From NCBI GenBank assembly GCA_045638055.1, contig JAZUAR010000070.1:1-41797 (forward strand): a stretch of 41,797 nucleotides of DNA, in the 5' to 3' direction. This document shows positions 17,725 through 26,651 of this stretch, in pieces. A model generated the notes under the pieces. The model saw only the letters and a list, made by a program, of their open reading frames with translations, made no database searches and had not been told where the DNA came from. The number at the start of each line of letters is the position of its first letter. Within the stretch, counting starts at the first letter, position 1. Source of the DNA: Candidatus Avispirillum sp. Its GTDB lineage: Bacteria > Bacillota > Clostridia > Oscillospirales > CAG-272. Made by a program: the position numbers and the translations under genes.

Positions 17725-19929
17725 TTATTTAGAAAACAATGATGATTTAAGCTTTCTCAAAATATTGGACTTATCAAGATCTGCTTTATTCTTTACATAT
17801 ATATATTTGAATCTGTAAATCTCAGCATCGGAGTCGATCTCATCAACGCCGAGAATATTAAGCTCCTGGAATACACGGATTATGTATTTGACCTTGACGT
17901 ATCTGTTAGGAACACCGTTCTGTGAAAGAAGCTTGCAGAGAGCTCTGATACTGAATGTATCGTGATCCATTCTAAGCTCCTTCTTCAGAAGGTTATAAAT
18001 TGCGGCGAAATCGCTTCTCTGAGGAAGGATCGTTTCGATCTCGCCTGCAGAAATAGATGAGGGATCAAATACTCCGTCATTTATCTTTTTATAAAGCTCG
18101 CGCTCTGCAATTTCCTTATCGTGAAGCTCCTTGGTAAGGCGAATATCCTTTACGATGAACTGAAGGCTCTTCATATTCTGATATTCGTTGATATCAAGGT
18201 TGAACATTACGTCGATAACGTCATTCTCATATATATCAAGCTCGGCAGGACTGTATCTGAAATACATTGCAGTAATAACAAGATTGTCCTTTGCGAGAGT
18301 AAGCTTTGTATGCTTTCCGCCGCCGACGGAGGAAACGTGGCTGACTCTCATGCCGTATATAACGAAAACGGGAACAGGGTTTGAAACGCCGTAGGGCTCA
18401 AGTCCGTAAAGCTCGATTGCCTGCTGCATTGTAATATCAGAACAAACAAGCTCACATTCAGCCTCAAGAGATGCAACGGGCTGCTCTGAATCAAAGCATC
18501 CTCTTGCATAATCATTGATTCTCTGCTTAAACTCCTCAAGCATTCCGCGCTCGATGGAAAGACCTGCCGCAAGCTCGTGTCCGCCGTACTTCAGAAGAAG
18601 ATCGGAGCAATGAGTGAGCGCATCAACAAGGTTCATACCCTTGATGCTTCTGCCGCTTCCCTTTCCTACGTCGGAATCCTCATTGGAGATCTCGCCGCTT
18701 CCGTCTCCAACGTCATCAAATGAAATGAGAATACAGGGGCGGGAATATTTTTCAGTGATCTTTGAAGCAACGATTCCGATAATACCGTGGTGCCAGGATT
18801 CATCTGCAAGAACGATAACGGGATCATGCTCAAAATCATGCTCCTCGTTGATCTTTGCAAATGCCTGCTCGATTATCTTATTTTCCTCTATCTGACGCTC
18901 CTTATTGATCTCGCAAAGATCCTCGGCAAGGCCTCTTGCACGGACAGGATCATTGCAAAGGAAGAGCTCAACTGCAAGAGATGCAGATCTGATTCTGCCT
19001 GCCGCATTGACTCTGGGAGCGATTGTATAGCCGATATAGCCTGATGTGATCTTATGCTTATGGGCTGTTTTGTTATCGCCCACGGAAGCATTAAGCAAGG
19101 CTTCAAGAGATACTCTGGGAGCATTCTCCACAGTATGAAGTCCCTTGGAAACGATAAGTCTGTTTTCGTCTCTGAGAGGCATAACGTCGGCAACAGTACC
19201 GATTGCAACAAGGTCGATATACTTATCGGCAACCCTTGTTACTGCCTCGATAGGTGAAAGATTGGGAGAATTGAGTATCTCCATTGCGCAAAGAAGCTTG
19301 AAAACAACGCCAACGCCTGCAAGCTCCTTAAAGGGATAGGGGCAATCCTGCTGCTTGGGGTTAACAACAGCATATGCGCGGGGCACGTCTGCATAGCACT
19401 CGTGGTGGTCTGTGATAATAAGCTCCATGCCGAGGCTGAGAATAAGCTCTGCCTCCTCGGTTGCTGTGATACCCGTATCAACGGTGATGATCATGGAGCA
19501 GCCCTCGGAGTGGAGCTTGCAGAGTGAATCGTGGGACATACCGTAGCCCTCGCCAAGACGGGAAGGAATATAGTATCCTACGTCCGCGCCGATAGACTCA
19601 AGGTACATATAGAGAATGGAAACAGAGGTAACTCCGTCTACGTCGTAGTCACCGTAAATAACTATTCTCTTTCCGGACTTGGCAACAGCAAGAATATGCT
19701 CTGCCGCCTTTTTCATGTCCTTCATAAGGAAGGGATCATGGAGCTGTTCTGTTTTCTTCTCAAGGAAGTCAACACAGCTGTAAGCATCGGTGCATCCGCG
19801 GTTCAGAAGAAGCTGAACCGTAGGGGCGCAAATTCCGAGCTCCTTTGAAAGTTTCTCGACCTGTGCACTCTTCTCTGTTTCGGAGTGAGAAGCCTTCACA
19901 AGCCATTTTCTCGGTTTTCTCAATGACAT
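17725..19929 (-). CDS. recJ: Single-stranded-DNA-specific exonuclease RecJ
   Basis: It carries DHH-family motifs (IVIYGDYDVDGVTS, ITVDTGI, IITDHH) and DHHA1 (GGHELAAG). I prefer the ATG at 19929 (MSLRKPRKW). The track's TTG at 19989 would overlap the upstream gene. Confidence 0.9.
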   Translation of the reverse strand: MSLRKPRKWLVKASHSETEKSAQVEKLSKELGICAPTVQLLLNRGCTDAYSCVDFLEKKTEQLHDPFLMKDMKKAAEHILAVAKSGKRIVIYGDYDVDGVTSVSILYMYLESIGADVGYYIPSRLGEGYGMSHDSLCKLHSEGCSMIITVDTGITATEEAELILSLGMELIITDHHECYADVPRAYAVVNPKQQDCPYPFKELAGVGVVFKLLCAMEILNSPNLSPIEAVTRVADKYIDLVAIGTVADVMPLRDENRLIVSKGLHTVENAPRVSLEALLNASVGDNKTAHKHKITSGYIGYTIAPRVNAAGRIRSASLAVELFLCNDPVRARGLAEDLCEINKERQIEENKIIEQAFAKINEEHDFEHDPVIVLADESWHHGIIGIVASKITEKYSRPCILISFDDVGDGSGEISNEDSDVGKGSGRSIKGMNLVDALTHCSDLLLKYGGHELAAGLSIERGMLEEFKQRINDYARGCFDSEQPVASLEAECELVCSDITMQQAIELYGLEPYGVSNPVPVFVIYGMRVSHVSSVGGGKHTKLTLAKDNLVITAMYFRYSPAELDIYENDVIDVMFNLDINEYQNMKSLQFIVKDIRLTKELHDKEIAERELYKKINDGVFDPSSISAGEIETILPQRSDFAAIYNLLKKELRMDHDTFSIRALCKLLSQNGVPNRYVKVKYIIRVFQELNILGVDEIDSDAEIYRFKYIYVKNKADLDKSNILRKLKSSLFSK

Positions 19930-19967
19930 TATATATATATCCTTAAATAAAAAATAATCGAAATCAG

Positions 19968-21542
19968 TCAGTCCCTCATAAAACGGCAAAGGATCGCCTC
20001 AGCGACGCGGATACCGTCAACTGCAGCGCTGGTAATTCCTCCCGCATATCCCGCACCCTCGCCGCAGGGGTACACAAGGCTGTGTCCAAGGGCTACAAGG
20101 TTCTCGTCTCTGAGGATTCTGAGGGGGGCTGATGTACGAGTTTCAATACCTGTGAGAGGCACGTCGGCTCTGTCATATCCCTTGATCTTTCTGCCGAATA
20201 CAGAAAGTCCCTCCTTGAGAAGAGATGATGCAAAATCGGGAAGAAGACGGTTGAAATCTGCCGCCTTTACGTTGGAATTCATATATGTAGGGACGATTTT
20301 TGAGCCAAATCCGCCCTCTTTTCCTTCCATAAGTCCGCCAATAGACTGGCAAGGAGCCGCATATGTTCTGCCGCCCGCCATGAATGCTGCTCTTTCAAGG
20401 CTTCTCTGGAATTCAATTGCCTTGACAGGATCGCCTGAAAAATCGGAAGGAAGAACGGAAACCGCAACAGCGGCATTTGCATTTCTGCCGTCTCTTGCGT
20501 GATAGCTCATTCCGTTAGTTACAACTCCGCCCTCCTCGGATGCCGCAGCAACGACCTCGCCGCCGGGACACATACAGAATGTGTAAACACCGCGCTCACC
20601 CGATCTGTGAGAAAGCTGATATTCTACATGACCAAGCACCTCAGAAAGCGCTTCGTCGCCAAACATTGCGCGGTCAAGCTCAACCTGTAAGTGCTCTGCG
20701 CGAACACCGATGGAAAAGGGCTTTGCCTCAACGGCATATCCTCCCTGCAAGAGATTCATATAAGTATCTCTTGAGGAGTGGCCGGGGGCAAGAACTACGG
20801 GACCGCAGGAGATCTTCTCGCCGTTTACCACAACGTAGCCGTCTCCCACGTAATCTGCCTTTGTATTATAAAGGATCTCGCCGCCGAGAGATATGATCTC
20901 ATCTGCAGCACGGGAAACCACCTCTCTCAGCACGTCTGTGCCGATATGAGGCTTTGCGTTCCACAAAATATTTTCAGGGGCGCCAAGAGCGCAAAGCTTT
21001 TCAAGAACGAAGGAGATTCTGGGGTCTCCGATTCTTGTTACAAGCTTTCCGTCGGAAAATGTGCCTGCGCCGCCGGCTCCAAACTGAATATTGGTTTCAG
21101 TATCGAGCACACCTGTTTTATAAAAGTTATCTACTGCGCGAACTCTTGAATTAACGTCGCTTCCTCTTTCAAGAATAACGGGACGAAGGCCCATGGAAGC
21201 GAGGATAAGTCCGCAAAAAATGCCTGCAGGACCAAAGCCGATTATATAAGGTCTGCCCTCCATTTTTTCCGTACCGCAGTCAAACTCAAGCTTTTCGATG
21301 GGAGTTATTCTGATTCCGGGAACGCTCTTTACGTTATCGGAATCGGTTGTGGCTGTAACGGACAGGACAAAGGTTATATCATGCTTTTTTCTTGCATCAA
21401 CAGACTTCTTATGAATATGAAGAGAATTCTTATCAAAAGAAATTCTGTTTTTTCTGAGAGTTTTCTCAGCAACAGCCAAAGCCTCTGCCTCGCCTGCGGT
21501 TATGGGTATTCTTATATTATCGACTATGATTCGGCTACTCAT
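19968..21542 (-). CDS. FAD-dependent oxidoreductase of the uncharacterised COG2509-like family
   Basis: A 524-aa protein with a dinucleotide-binding GxGxxG (IIGFGPAGIFCGLILA) after a ~90-aa N-terminal domain, and a second glycine-rich motif near the C-terminus (GEGAGYAGGI). Its ATG overlaps the cdaR stop (ATGA). Confidence 0.65.
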   Translation of the reverse strand: MSSRIIVDNIRIPITAGEAEALAVAEKTLRKNRISFDKNSLHIHKKSVDARKKHDITFVLSVTATTDSDNVKSVPGIRITPIEKLEFDCGTEKMEGRPYIIGFGPAGIFCGLILASMGLRPVILERGSDVNSRVRAVDNFYKTGVLDTETNIQFGAGGAGTFSDGKLVTRIGDPRISFVLEKLCALGAPENILWNAKPHIGTDVLREVVSRAADEIISLGGEILYNTKADYVGDGYVVVNGEKISCGPVVLAPGHSSRDTYMNLLQGGYAVEAKPFSIGVRAEHLQVELDRAMFGDEALSEVLGHVEYQLSHRSGERGVYTFCMCPGGEVVAAASEEGGVVTNGMSYHARDGRNANAAVAVSVLPSDFSGDPVKAIEFQRSLERAAFMAGGRTYAAPCQSIGGLMEGKEGGFGSKIVPTYMNSNVKAADFNRLLPDFASSLLKEGLSVFGRKIKGYDRADVPLTGIETRTSAPLRILRDENLVALGHSLVYPCGEGAGYAGGITSAAVDGIRVAEAILCRFMRD

Positions 21543-22786
21543 TTTATCTGTACCTGAACATCGTAGAATCCAAGCTCATAAGCTGTTCCCTCTTCCACGT
21601 TAACTGTGATGATAGCGGGAGGATTTACGGTGCCTGTGTTATCTCTATAGTTTGTGAAATCAACAGTTACTGTGATATCGTCGGCTGTGAGTCTGTTAAC
21701 TGCACCGCGCTCGCCGATAATTGTTACTGCGATTGACTTATCTACGACCTCTACGTTGAGATCGCCCGAATTTACAATAAGGAATTTCTCAATAACAAAG
21801 GTCTTTTTAATAAAGTTGTTAAGCTTTATGGAAACGGTAGCCTCAGTGGGCTCGCCGTCTGCGGGAAATACGTTTTCGGGGAGAGTGATATCTACGTTAA
21901 GATCAGTATCTCCGCCGATCTTCTTTTCGTCAATAGTGGTTACGTCGATATACTCGATATTGACAAGAGCTGAGGGCTCGCCCTTTACTCTGATCTTTTC
22001 GGGTGTTACGGTAACCTTGGAATTTGTGTCATTATAGAAGCCGTACTTCGTTGCGACACGGAGAGGAACGTCCTTAAATCCGTATACGGGGATATTGACG
22101 GAAACGTTGCTTTTTGAAAGCTTGATATATCTGCTGTCCACGTTTTCGCCGTTCTGATTTTTAAGAACTATCGTTCCGTCAGTGGTTACGGACTGAGTTA
22201 AGTGCTGGTCGCCCATGTTGACCTCAACAACGCCCTTTGCAACCTCGTTGATAACAGATTCAGCACCTGTTACGGTTATAAGCTGTGTATCACAGGTAAT
22301 TGTACCGAGGCCGTAATCGGCAGTTGAGATCTTATAGGATTTAAGAAGAGGCTCTACTGTGATATTGGCAGAAATTCTTCTGTCGATAAACATTGTGACC
22401 TCATCGATGGTCGCATCAACAAAGGTAAGACCTGAGGGAAGCTCATAGTAAAGATCGAGAGTATACATACCGCTCTTTTCGATCTCGGAAACGTCTACGG
22501 TAATAACTATATCCTCGGATTTATACTTTGAAATAACGCTCTTCTGTCCCTTTACGGTAACGTCGACAAGAGCATCGTATCCGCTGAACACAGAAAGGTT
22601 TCTTTCGTTTTCAAGAATGGTCGAGCCGACAACCTTAATGCCGATATCCTCAAAGACATCCTCGTTATCGGGGCTGTCGATCTCCATAACGTATATCCAG
22701 AAGATGAATGCGAGAAAAACGCAGACAAGCTTCGGGATTATATGATAGCGGCGAACAAAGCCGATAAACTTATTTTCACTTTTCAT
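21539..22786 (-). CDS. cdaR: YbbR-domain protein (CdaA regulator CdaR)
   Basis: A 415-aa protein with an N-terminal TM helix followed by repeated beta-rich YbbR-like modules. It overlaps the cdaA stop by 11 nt, the conserved partner arrangement. Confidence 0.8.
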   Translation of the reverse strand: MKSENKFIGFVRRYHIIPKLVCVFLAFIFWIYVMEIDSPDNEDVFEDIGIKVVGSTILENERNLSVFSGYDALVDVTVKGQKSVISKYKSEDIVITVDVSEIEKSGMYTLDLYYELPSGLTFVDATIDEVTMFIDRRISANITVEPLLKSYKISTADYGLGTITCDTQLITVTGAESVINEVAKGVVEVNMGDQHLTQSVTTDGTIVLKNQNGENVDSRYIKLSKSNVSVNIPVYGFKDVPLRVATKYGFYNDTNSKVTVTPEKIRVKGEPSALVNIEYIDVTTIDEKKIGGDTDLNVDITLPENVFPADGEPTEATVSIKLNNFIKKTFVIEKFLIVNSGDLNVEVVDKSIAVTIIGERGAVNRLTADDITVTVDFTNYRDNTGTVNPPAIITVNVEEGTAYELGFYDVQVQIK

Positions 22787-23669
22787 CAGCGTTATCCTCC
22801 GTTACTTTCTTTGTAGTGCCCTTTTTCTTTCTGGGCTTGATCACCTTGATAGGCTCTTTATCGGACTCCTGCACAAGAAGCTCAACAAGGCAAGCGCGGA
22901 GAGTGTCCTGGTCATAGCCGCGGCTGAGCTTTCCGTCTACTGCAACGGAAATAGTTCCCGTTTCCTCGGATACTACGATAACAACAGCATCGCTGTTCTC
23001 GCTGAGACCGAGAGCTGCTCTGTGGCGGGTGCCAAGATCGCGGTTGATATCATTCTGTGCGGAGAGAGGGAGAAGACATCCTGCAGCATAAAGTCTGCCG
23101 CCGGAAATAATTGCCGCACCGTCGTGAAGGGGCGCCTTATTGAAAAATATGTTTCTGATGAGGAATGAGTTTACCTGGGCATCAATAACACTGCCTGTGG
23201 AAATGATCTCGCCAAGCTTTGTGGAGCGCTCGCAAACGATGAGAGCGCCTGTCTTTGTAGAAGCCATCTCAGCAGCAGCCGCCGCAACCTCGCGGACAAC
23301 GAGAGTAGATTCGCTCTTGCGGTCAACAATAGGCTTAAGTCCCTTGAGAGACGTGCCGCCCATCTTTTCCAGAGCAGAACGAAGCTCGGGCTGGAAAAGA
23401 ATAACGAGAGCGATAACTCCCACCTGGAAGAAGTTCTCAAAAATGAACTGGAGGGAAAGCATTCCCGCAACCTCGGAAATAAGGAGGGCAACCAAAAGAA
23501 GAAGGATACCCGTTATAAGCTTTCCTGCGCGCTTGTTTCTGATAAACTTATAAACGAAATAGAAAAGGACGGATACGCAAAGAATATCTATAATATCCAC
23601 CAATTCAATTGACTGAATTATATGAAACACACCGGTAAAGAAATCTGAAAACCAGCCTTTTTTAAACAC
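22776..23669 (-). CDS. cdaA: Diadenylate cyclase CdaA (membrane-anchored DAC domain)
   Basis: It has three N-terminal TM helices and DAC motifs (PLHDGAAII, GTRHRAALGLSE, DAVVIVVSEETG). The start is GTG at 23669, with GAGGTG 5 nt upstream. Confidence 0.9.
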   Translation of the reverse strand: MFKKGWFSDFFTGVFHIIQSIELVDIIDILCVSVLFYFVYKFIRNKRAGKLITGILLLLVALLISEVAGMLSLQFIFENFFQVGVIALVILFQPELRSALEKMGGTSLKGLKPIVDRKSESTLVVREVAAAAAEMASTKTGALIVCERSTKLGEIISTGSVIDAQVNSFLIRNIFFNKAPLHDGAAIISGGRLYAAGCLLPLSAQNDINRDLGTRHRAALGLSENSDAVVIVVSEETGTISVAVDGKLSRGYDQDTLRACLVELLVQESDKEPIKVIKPRKKKGTTKKVTEDNADEK

Positions 23670-23720
23670 AGTTTCACCTCATCGCAACGATTTATATGTA
23701 AAAATACTTATACGAGAATA

Positions 23721-23749
23721 ATTATACCACAAAACAAACAGATTTTCAA
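23721..23749 (-). promoter_or_regulatory. Sigma-A-type promoter of cdaA and the downstream string
   Basis: The minus strand reads TTGAAA-17 nt-TATAAT with a TGn extended -10 (gTGgTATAAT). It predicts a leader of about 45 nt. Confidence 0.6.
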
Positions 23750-23812
23750 ACAAATATTAAAATAAATAAGAAAAATTTTATAAAAAAAGTTGAGAAAACA
23801 TCAAATTACCCC

Positions 23813-23841
23813 TTTTCACGAAAGAAAAGGTGTGCTATAAT
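23813..23841 (+). promoter_or_regulatory. Candidate promoter of the P-loop/oxidoreductase operon
   Basis: TTTTCA-17 nt-TATAAT with an extended -10 (TGcTATAAT). The -35 is weak. It is divergent from the cdaA promoter, and an AGGAGG RBS lies at about 23862. Confidence 0.4.
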
Positions 23842-23879
23842 AGATGCTATCTTATATTTGCAAGGAGGAGACCTGAATT

Positions 23880-24551
23880 ATGCAAAATGGTAAAAGAATC
23901 AAGATCATATGCGGTCATTACGGCGCAGGAAAGACGAATGTCTCTGTAAACCTTGCAATGCTGTATAAAAAGCGCTATCCCGAGGCAAATGTTGCCCTTG
24001 CGGACGTGGATACGGTCAACCCTTACTTCCGTGCAGCAGATAATGCCACCGAGCTTGAGAAGTGCGGTATCCATCCCATAGTCCCCGAGTTTGCAAACAC
24101 AAACGTGGATATCCCCAGCCTTCCCGCCGAGCTTTATTCCCTCTTTTCCAAGGACTCCGATACTGTCTCCTTTATTGACGTTGGCGGAGACGACGGTGCG
24201 GCGGCACTCGGTATGTACTCAGACCTGATTTCCGAATGCGGGTATGAGATGATATACGTTGTTTCAAAATACCGTCCCCTTATTGAGGACCCTGCAGCAG
24301 CGGCAGACCTTATGCATATCATCGAGGAGGTTTCCCACCTCAAGTGTACCGCAGTTGTAAACAACAGCTCTGTTGGCGCTGAAACCACAAAGGAAGACGT
24401 TCTCGCTTCTATCGACTATGCTCACAAGGTGAGCGAGGCATGCGGCCTCCCCCTTCTCTTCACCTCCTACTGCAAGGAGATAACAGGCGAGATCAAGGTT
24501 GAGGGCGAAAGACTCTTCCCCATTAAAAACGTTACAAAGCAGATATTCTGA
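23880..24551 (+). CDS. Uncharacterised P-loop NTPase (SIMIBI/ParA-MinD-CooC-like fold suspected)
   Basis: A 223-aa protein with Walker A GHYGAGKT at residues 12-19 and a Walker B-like motif VSFIDVGGDD. It has no TM helix or signal peptide. It lies 36 nt upstream of the ferredoxin subunit gene on the same strand. Confidence 0.55.
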   Translation: MQNGKRIKIICGHYGAGKTNVSVNLAMLYKKRYPEANVALADVDTVNPYFRAADNATELEKCGIHPIVPEFANTNVDIPSLPAELYSLFSKDSDTVSFIDVGGDDGAAALGMYSDLISECGYEMIYVVSKYRPLIEDPAAAADLMHIIEEVSHLKCTAVVNNSSVGAETTKEDVLASIDYAHKVSEACGLPLLFTSYCKEITGEIKVEGERLFPIKNVTKQIF

Positions 24552-24587
24552 CTTAGTATAATAATCTTGTTCAAAAGGAGATACACA

Positions 24588-24800
24588 ATGAACAAAGTTA
24601 CATTTAAAACAGATTCATGTAAGGGCTGCGGACTGTGCGTAACAGCCTGCCCTAAAAAGATAATTGCCCTTGCAAAAGACACCCTTAACGCTAAAGGCTA
24701 CCACCCTGCTGTTATCACAGAGCAGGAAAAGTGCATCGCTTGCGCTATGTGCGCTATGATGTGCCCCGATTGCGTTATCAAGGTTGAGAAAGACGCATGA
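24588..24800 (+). CDS. 2-oxoacid:ferredoxin oxidoreductase delta subunit (2x[4Fe-4S] ferredoxin)
   Basis: A 70-aa protein with two CxxCxxCxxxCP motifs (CKGCGLCVTACP, CIACAMCAMMCP). The ATG at 24588 is preceded by AAAGGAG. The track's TTG at 24567 is rejected. Confidence 0.85.
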   Translation: MNKVTFKTDSCKGCGLCVTACPKKIIALAKDTLNAKGYHPAVITEQEKCIACAMCAMMCPDCVIKVEKDA

Positions 24801-24816
24801 AAGGAGAACAGTAAAA

Positions 24817-25884
24817 GTGTCAGATAAAGTACTTATGAAAGGTACCGAGGCTATTGCACAGGCAGCTATCAACTGCGGATGCAAGTACTACTTCGGTTAC
24901 CCCATCACACCTCAGACAGAGCTTTCCGAATACATGGCAAAGAAGCTCCCCAAGGTTGGCGGCGTTTGCCTCCAGGCTGAGAGCGAGGTTGCGGCTATCA
25001 ATATGACTCTCGGCGCAGCAGCTGCAGGAACAAGAGTTATCACATCCTCCTCCTCTCCCGGAATCTCCCTCAAGAGCGAGGGCATCAGCTACATGGCAGG
25101 ATGCGATCTTCCCTGCGTTATCGTTAACGTACAGAGAGGCGGCCCCGGTCTCGGCGGTATCCAGCCCTCCCAGCAGGACTACTATCAGGCAACACGCGGC
25201 GTTGGTCACGGCGACCTCCGTCTTCTCGTTCTTGCCCCCTCCTCCGTTCAGGAAATGGCAACAATGACAGTTGAAGCATTTGACCTTGCAGATATTTACA
25301 GAATCCCTGCAATGATCCTTTGCGACGGCGCTCTCGGTCAGATGATGGAGCCTGTTGACTTCAACTCCATCCCCCGCCGCGAAACTCCCGAGAAGGATTG
25401 GGCAGCTTGCGGTCACAAGGGCGAGAGAAAGAAGAATATCGTAAACTCCCTTTACATCGATCCCCAGGTTCTTGAGGACGTTGTAGACGAGAGATATAAG
25501 AGATACGACATTATCGAGGAGAACGAAGCAAGATGCGAGGAGTATCTCACAGAGGATGCAGACATCATTCTCGTTTCCTTCGGTATCACAGCACGTATCT
25601 GTAAGACAGCTATCAAGGCTGCACGTGAGGAAGGCATCAAGGTTGGTCTTATCAGACCCATCACCCTCTGGCCCTTCCCCAAGAAGAATATTGCCGCTGC
25701 AGCTGAGAATGCAAAGGCGTTCCTTTCCGTTGAAATGTCTAAGGGACAGATGATCGACGACGTTCGTCTCGCAGTTAACGGCAAGGCTCCCGTACACTTC
25801 TACGGCAGAACCGGCGGTATGATCCCCACACCCGAAGCAGTTCTTGAAAACATCAAGAAGCTTGCTGGCGAAATTAACGCATAA
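24817..25884 (+). CDS. 2-oxoacid:ferredoxin oxidoreductase alpha subunit (KorA/VorB family)
   Basis: Family motifs are present: MKGTEAIAQAAINCGCKYYFGYPITPQTE, QAESEVAAINM..GAAAAG and VQRGGPGLG. The GTG start at 24817 lies 9 nt after AGGAG. Substrate specificity cannot be told by eye. Confidence 0.9.
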   Translation: MSDKVLMKGTEAIAQAAINCGCKYYFGYPITPQTELSEYMAKKLPKVGGVCLQAESEVAAINMTLGAAAAGTRVITSSSSPGISLKSEGISYMAGCDLPCVIVNVQRGGPGLGGIQPSQQDYYQATRGVGHGDLRLLVLAPSSVQEMATMTVEAFDLADIYRIPAMILCDGALGQMMEPVDFNSIPRRETPEKDWAACGHKGERKKNIVNSLYIDPQVLEDVVDERYKRYDIIEENEARCEEYLTEDADIILVSFGITARICKTAIKAAREEGIKVGLIRPITLWPFPKKNIAAAAENAKAFLSVEMSKGQMIDDVRLAVNGKAPVHFYGRTGGMIPTPEAVLENIKKLAGEINA

Positions 25885-25897
25885 GGAGGAAGCTGAA

Positions 25898-26650
25898 ATG
25901 AAAACAGTATTTGACAGACCCCACGCTCTTTCAGATGTGCCTCTTCACTACTGCCCCGGCTGTACACACGGTATTATCCACCGTCTCGTTGCTGAGGTAA
26001 TCGACGAGCTTGGAATTGAAGGACAGACAGTTGGTATTGCCAGCGTTGGATGCTCCGTATTTTCTTATAACTATTTTGAGTGCGACATGGTGCAGGCAGC
26101 ACACGGCCGTGCTCCCGCAGTTGCTACAGGCGTAAAGAGAACTCACCGCGATAACTTCGTATTTACATACCAGGGCGACGGTGACCTTGCAGCTATCGGT
26201 ACTGCTGAGACTGTTCACGCAGCAACAAGAGGCGAGAACATCACAATCATCTTCGTTAACAATGCAATCTACGGTATGACAGGCGGTCAGATGGCCCCCA
26301 CAACTCTTCTCGGTCAGGTTACAACAACCTCTCCCTACGGAAGAGATAAGGCTCTCCAGGGTAACCCCATCAGAGTTTGCGAGATGCTCTCCACTCTTGA
26401 CGGCGTTGCTCTCGCTTCCCGTGTTTCCGTTGATACTCCCAAGAATATCATCGCTGCAAAGAAGCAGATCAAGAAGGCATTTGAGTATCAGAGAGATAAG
26501 AAGGGCTTTACAATCGTTGAGGTTCTCTCCACCTGCCCCACAAACTGGGGTATGTCTCCTGAGAAGTCTCTTGACTGGCTCCGCGAGAATATGATGCCTC
26601 AGTACCCCCTCGGTACATACAAGGACATCGAAGCAAAGGAGGAAAAGTAA
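25898..26650 (+). CDS. 2-oxoacid:ferredoxin oxidoreductase beta subunit (TPP-binding)
   Basis: It has HYCPGCTHGI, a GDGD TPP motif (YQGDGDLAAIG) and NNAIYGMTGGQ. The ATG at 25898 follows AAGGAGG. Confidence 0.9.
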   Translation: MKTVFDRPHALSDVPLHYCPGCTHGIIHRLVAEVIDELGIEGQTVGIASVGCSVFSYNYFECDMVQAAHGRAPAVATGVKRTHRDNFVFTYQGDGDLAAIGTAETVHAATRGENITIIFVNNAIYGMTGGQMAPTTLLGQVTTTSPYGRDKALQGNPIRVCEMLSTLDGVALASRVSVDTPKNIIAAKKQIKKAFEYQRDKKGFTIVEVLSTCPTNWGMSPEKSLDWLRENMMPQYPLGTYKDIEAKEEK

Positions 26651-26651
26651 T

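Noticed and set aside
19930-19989. N-terminally extended start codons used by the ORF track: TTG/GTG at 19989, 24567, 24784, 25844, 28103, 29092, 30160, 40854, 8708 and 13525.
   Set aside because: Each extension overlaps the upstream gene or lacks an RBS. In each case an internal ATG or GTG lies 5-11 nt downstream of a GGAG-type Shine-Dalgarno and reproduces the conserved family N-terminus or a proper lipoprotein signal peptide.
23811-23830. Small hairpin ccttttc/gaaaagg overlapping the -35 region of the plus-strand promoter.
   Set aside because: It has only a 7-bp AT-rich stem and no associated conserved motif, so it may be coincidental. No riboswitch-like structure or length is available, because the leader is under 40 nt.
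24532-24562. TTACAA-19 nt-TATAAT element between the P-loop gene and the ferredoxin subunit gene, as an independent promoter.
   Set aside because: A 19-nt spacer is suboptimal and the -35 lies inside coding sequence. I kept it only as an alternative hypothesis in the P-loop finding, not as a feature.
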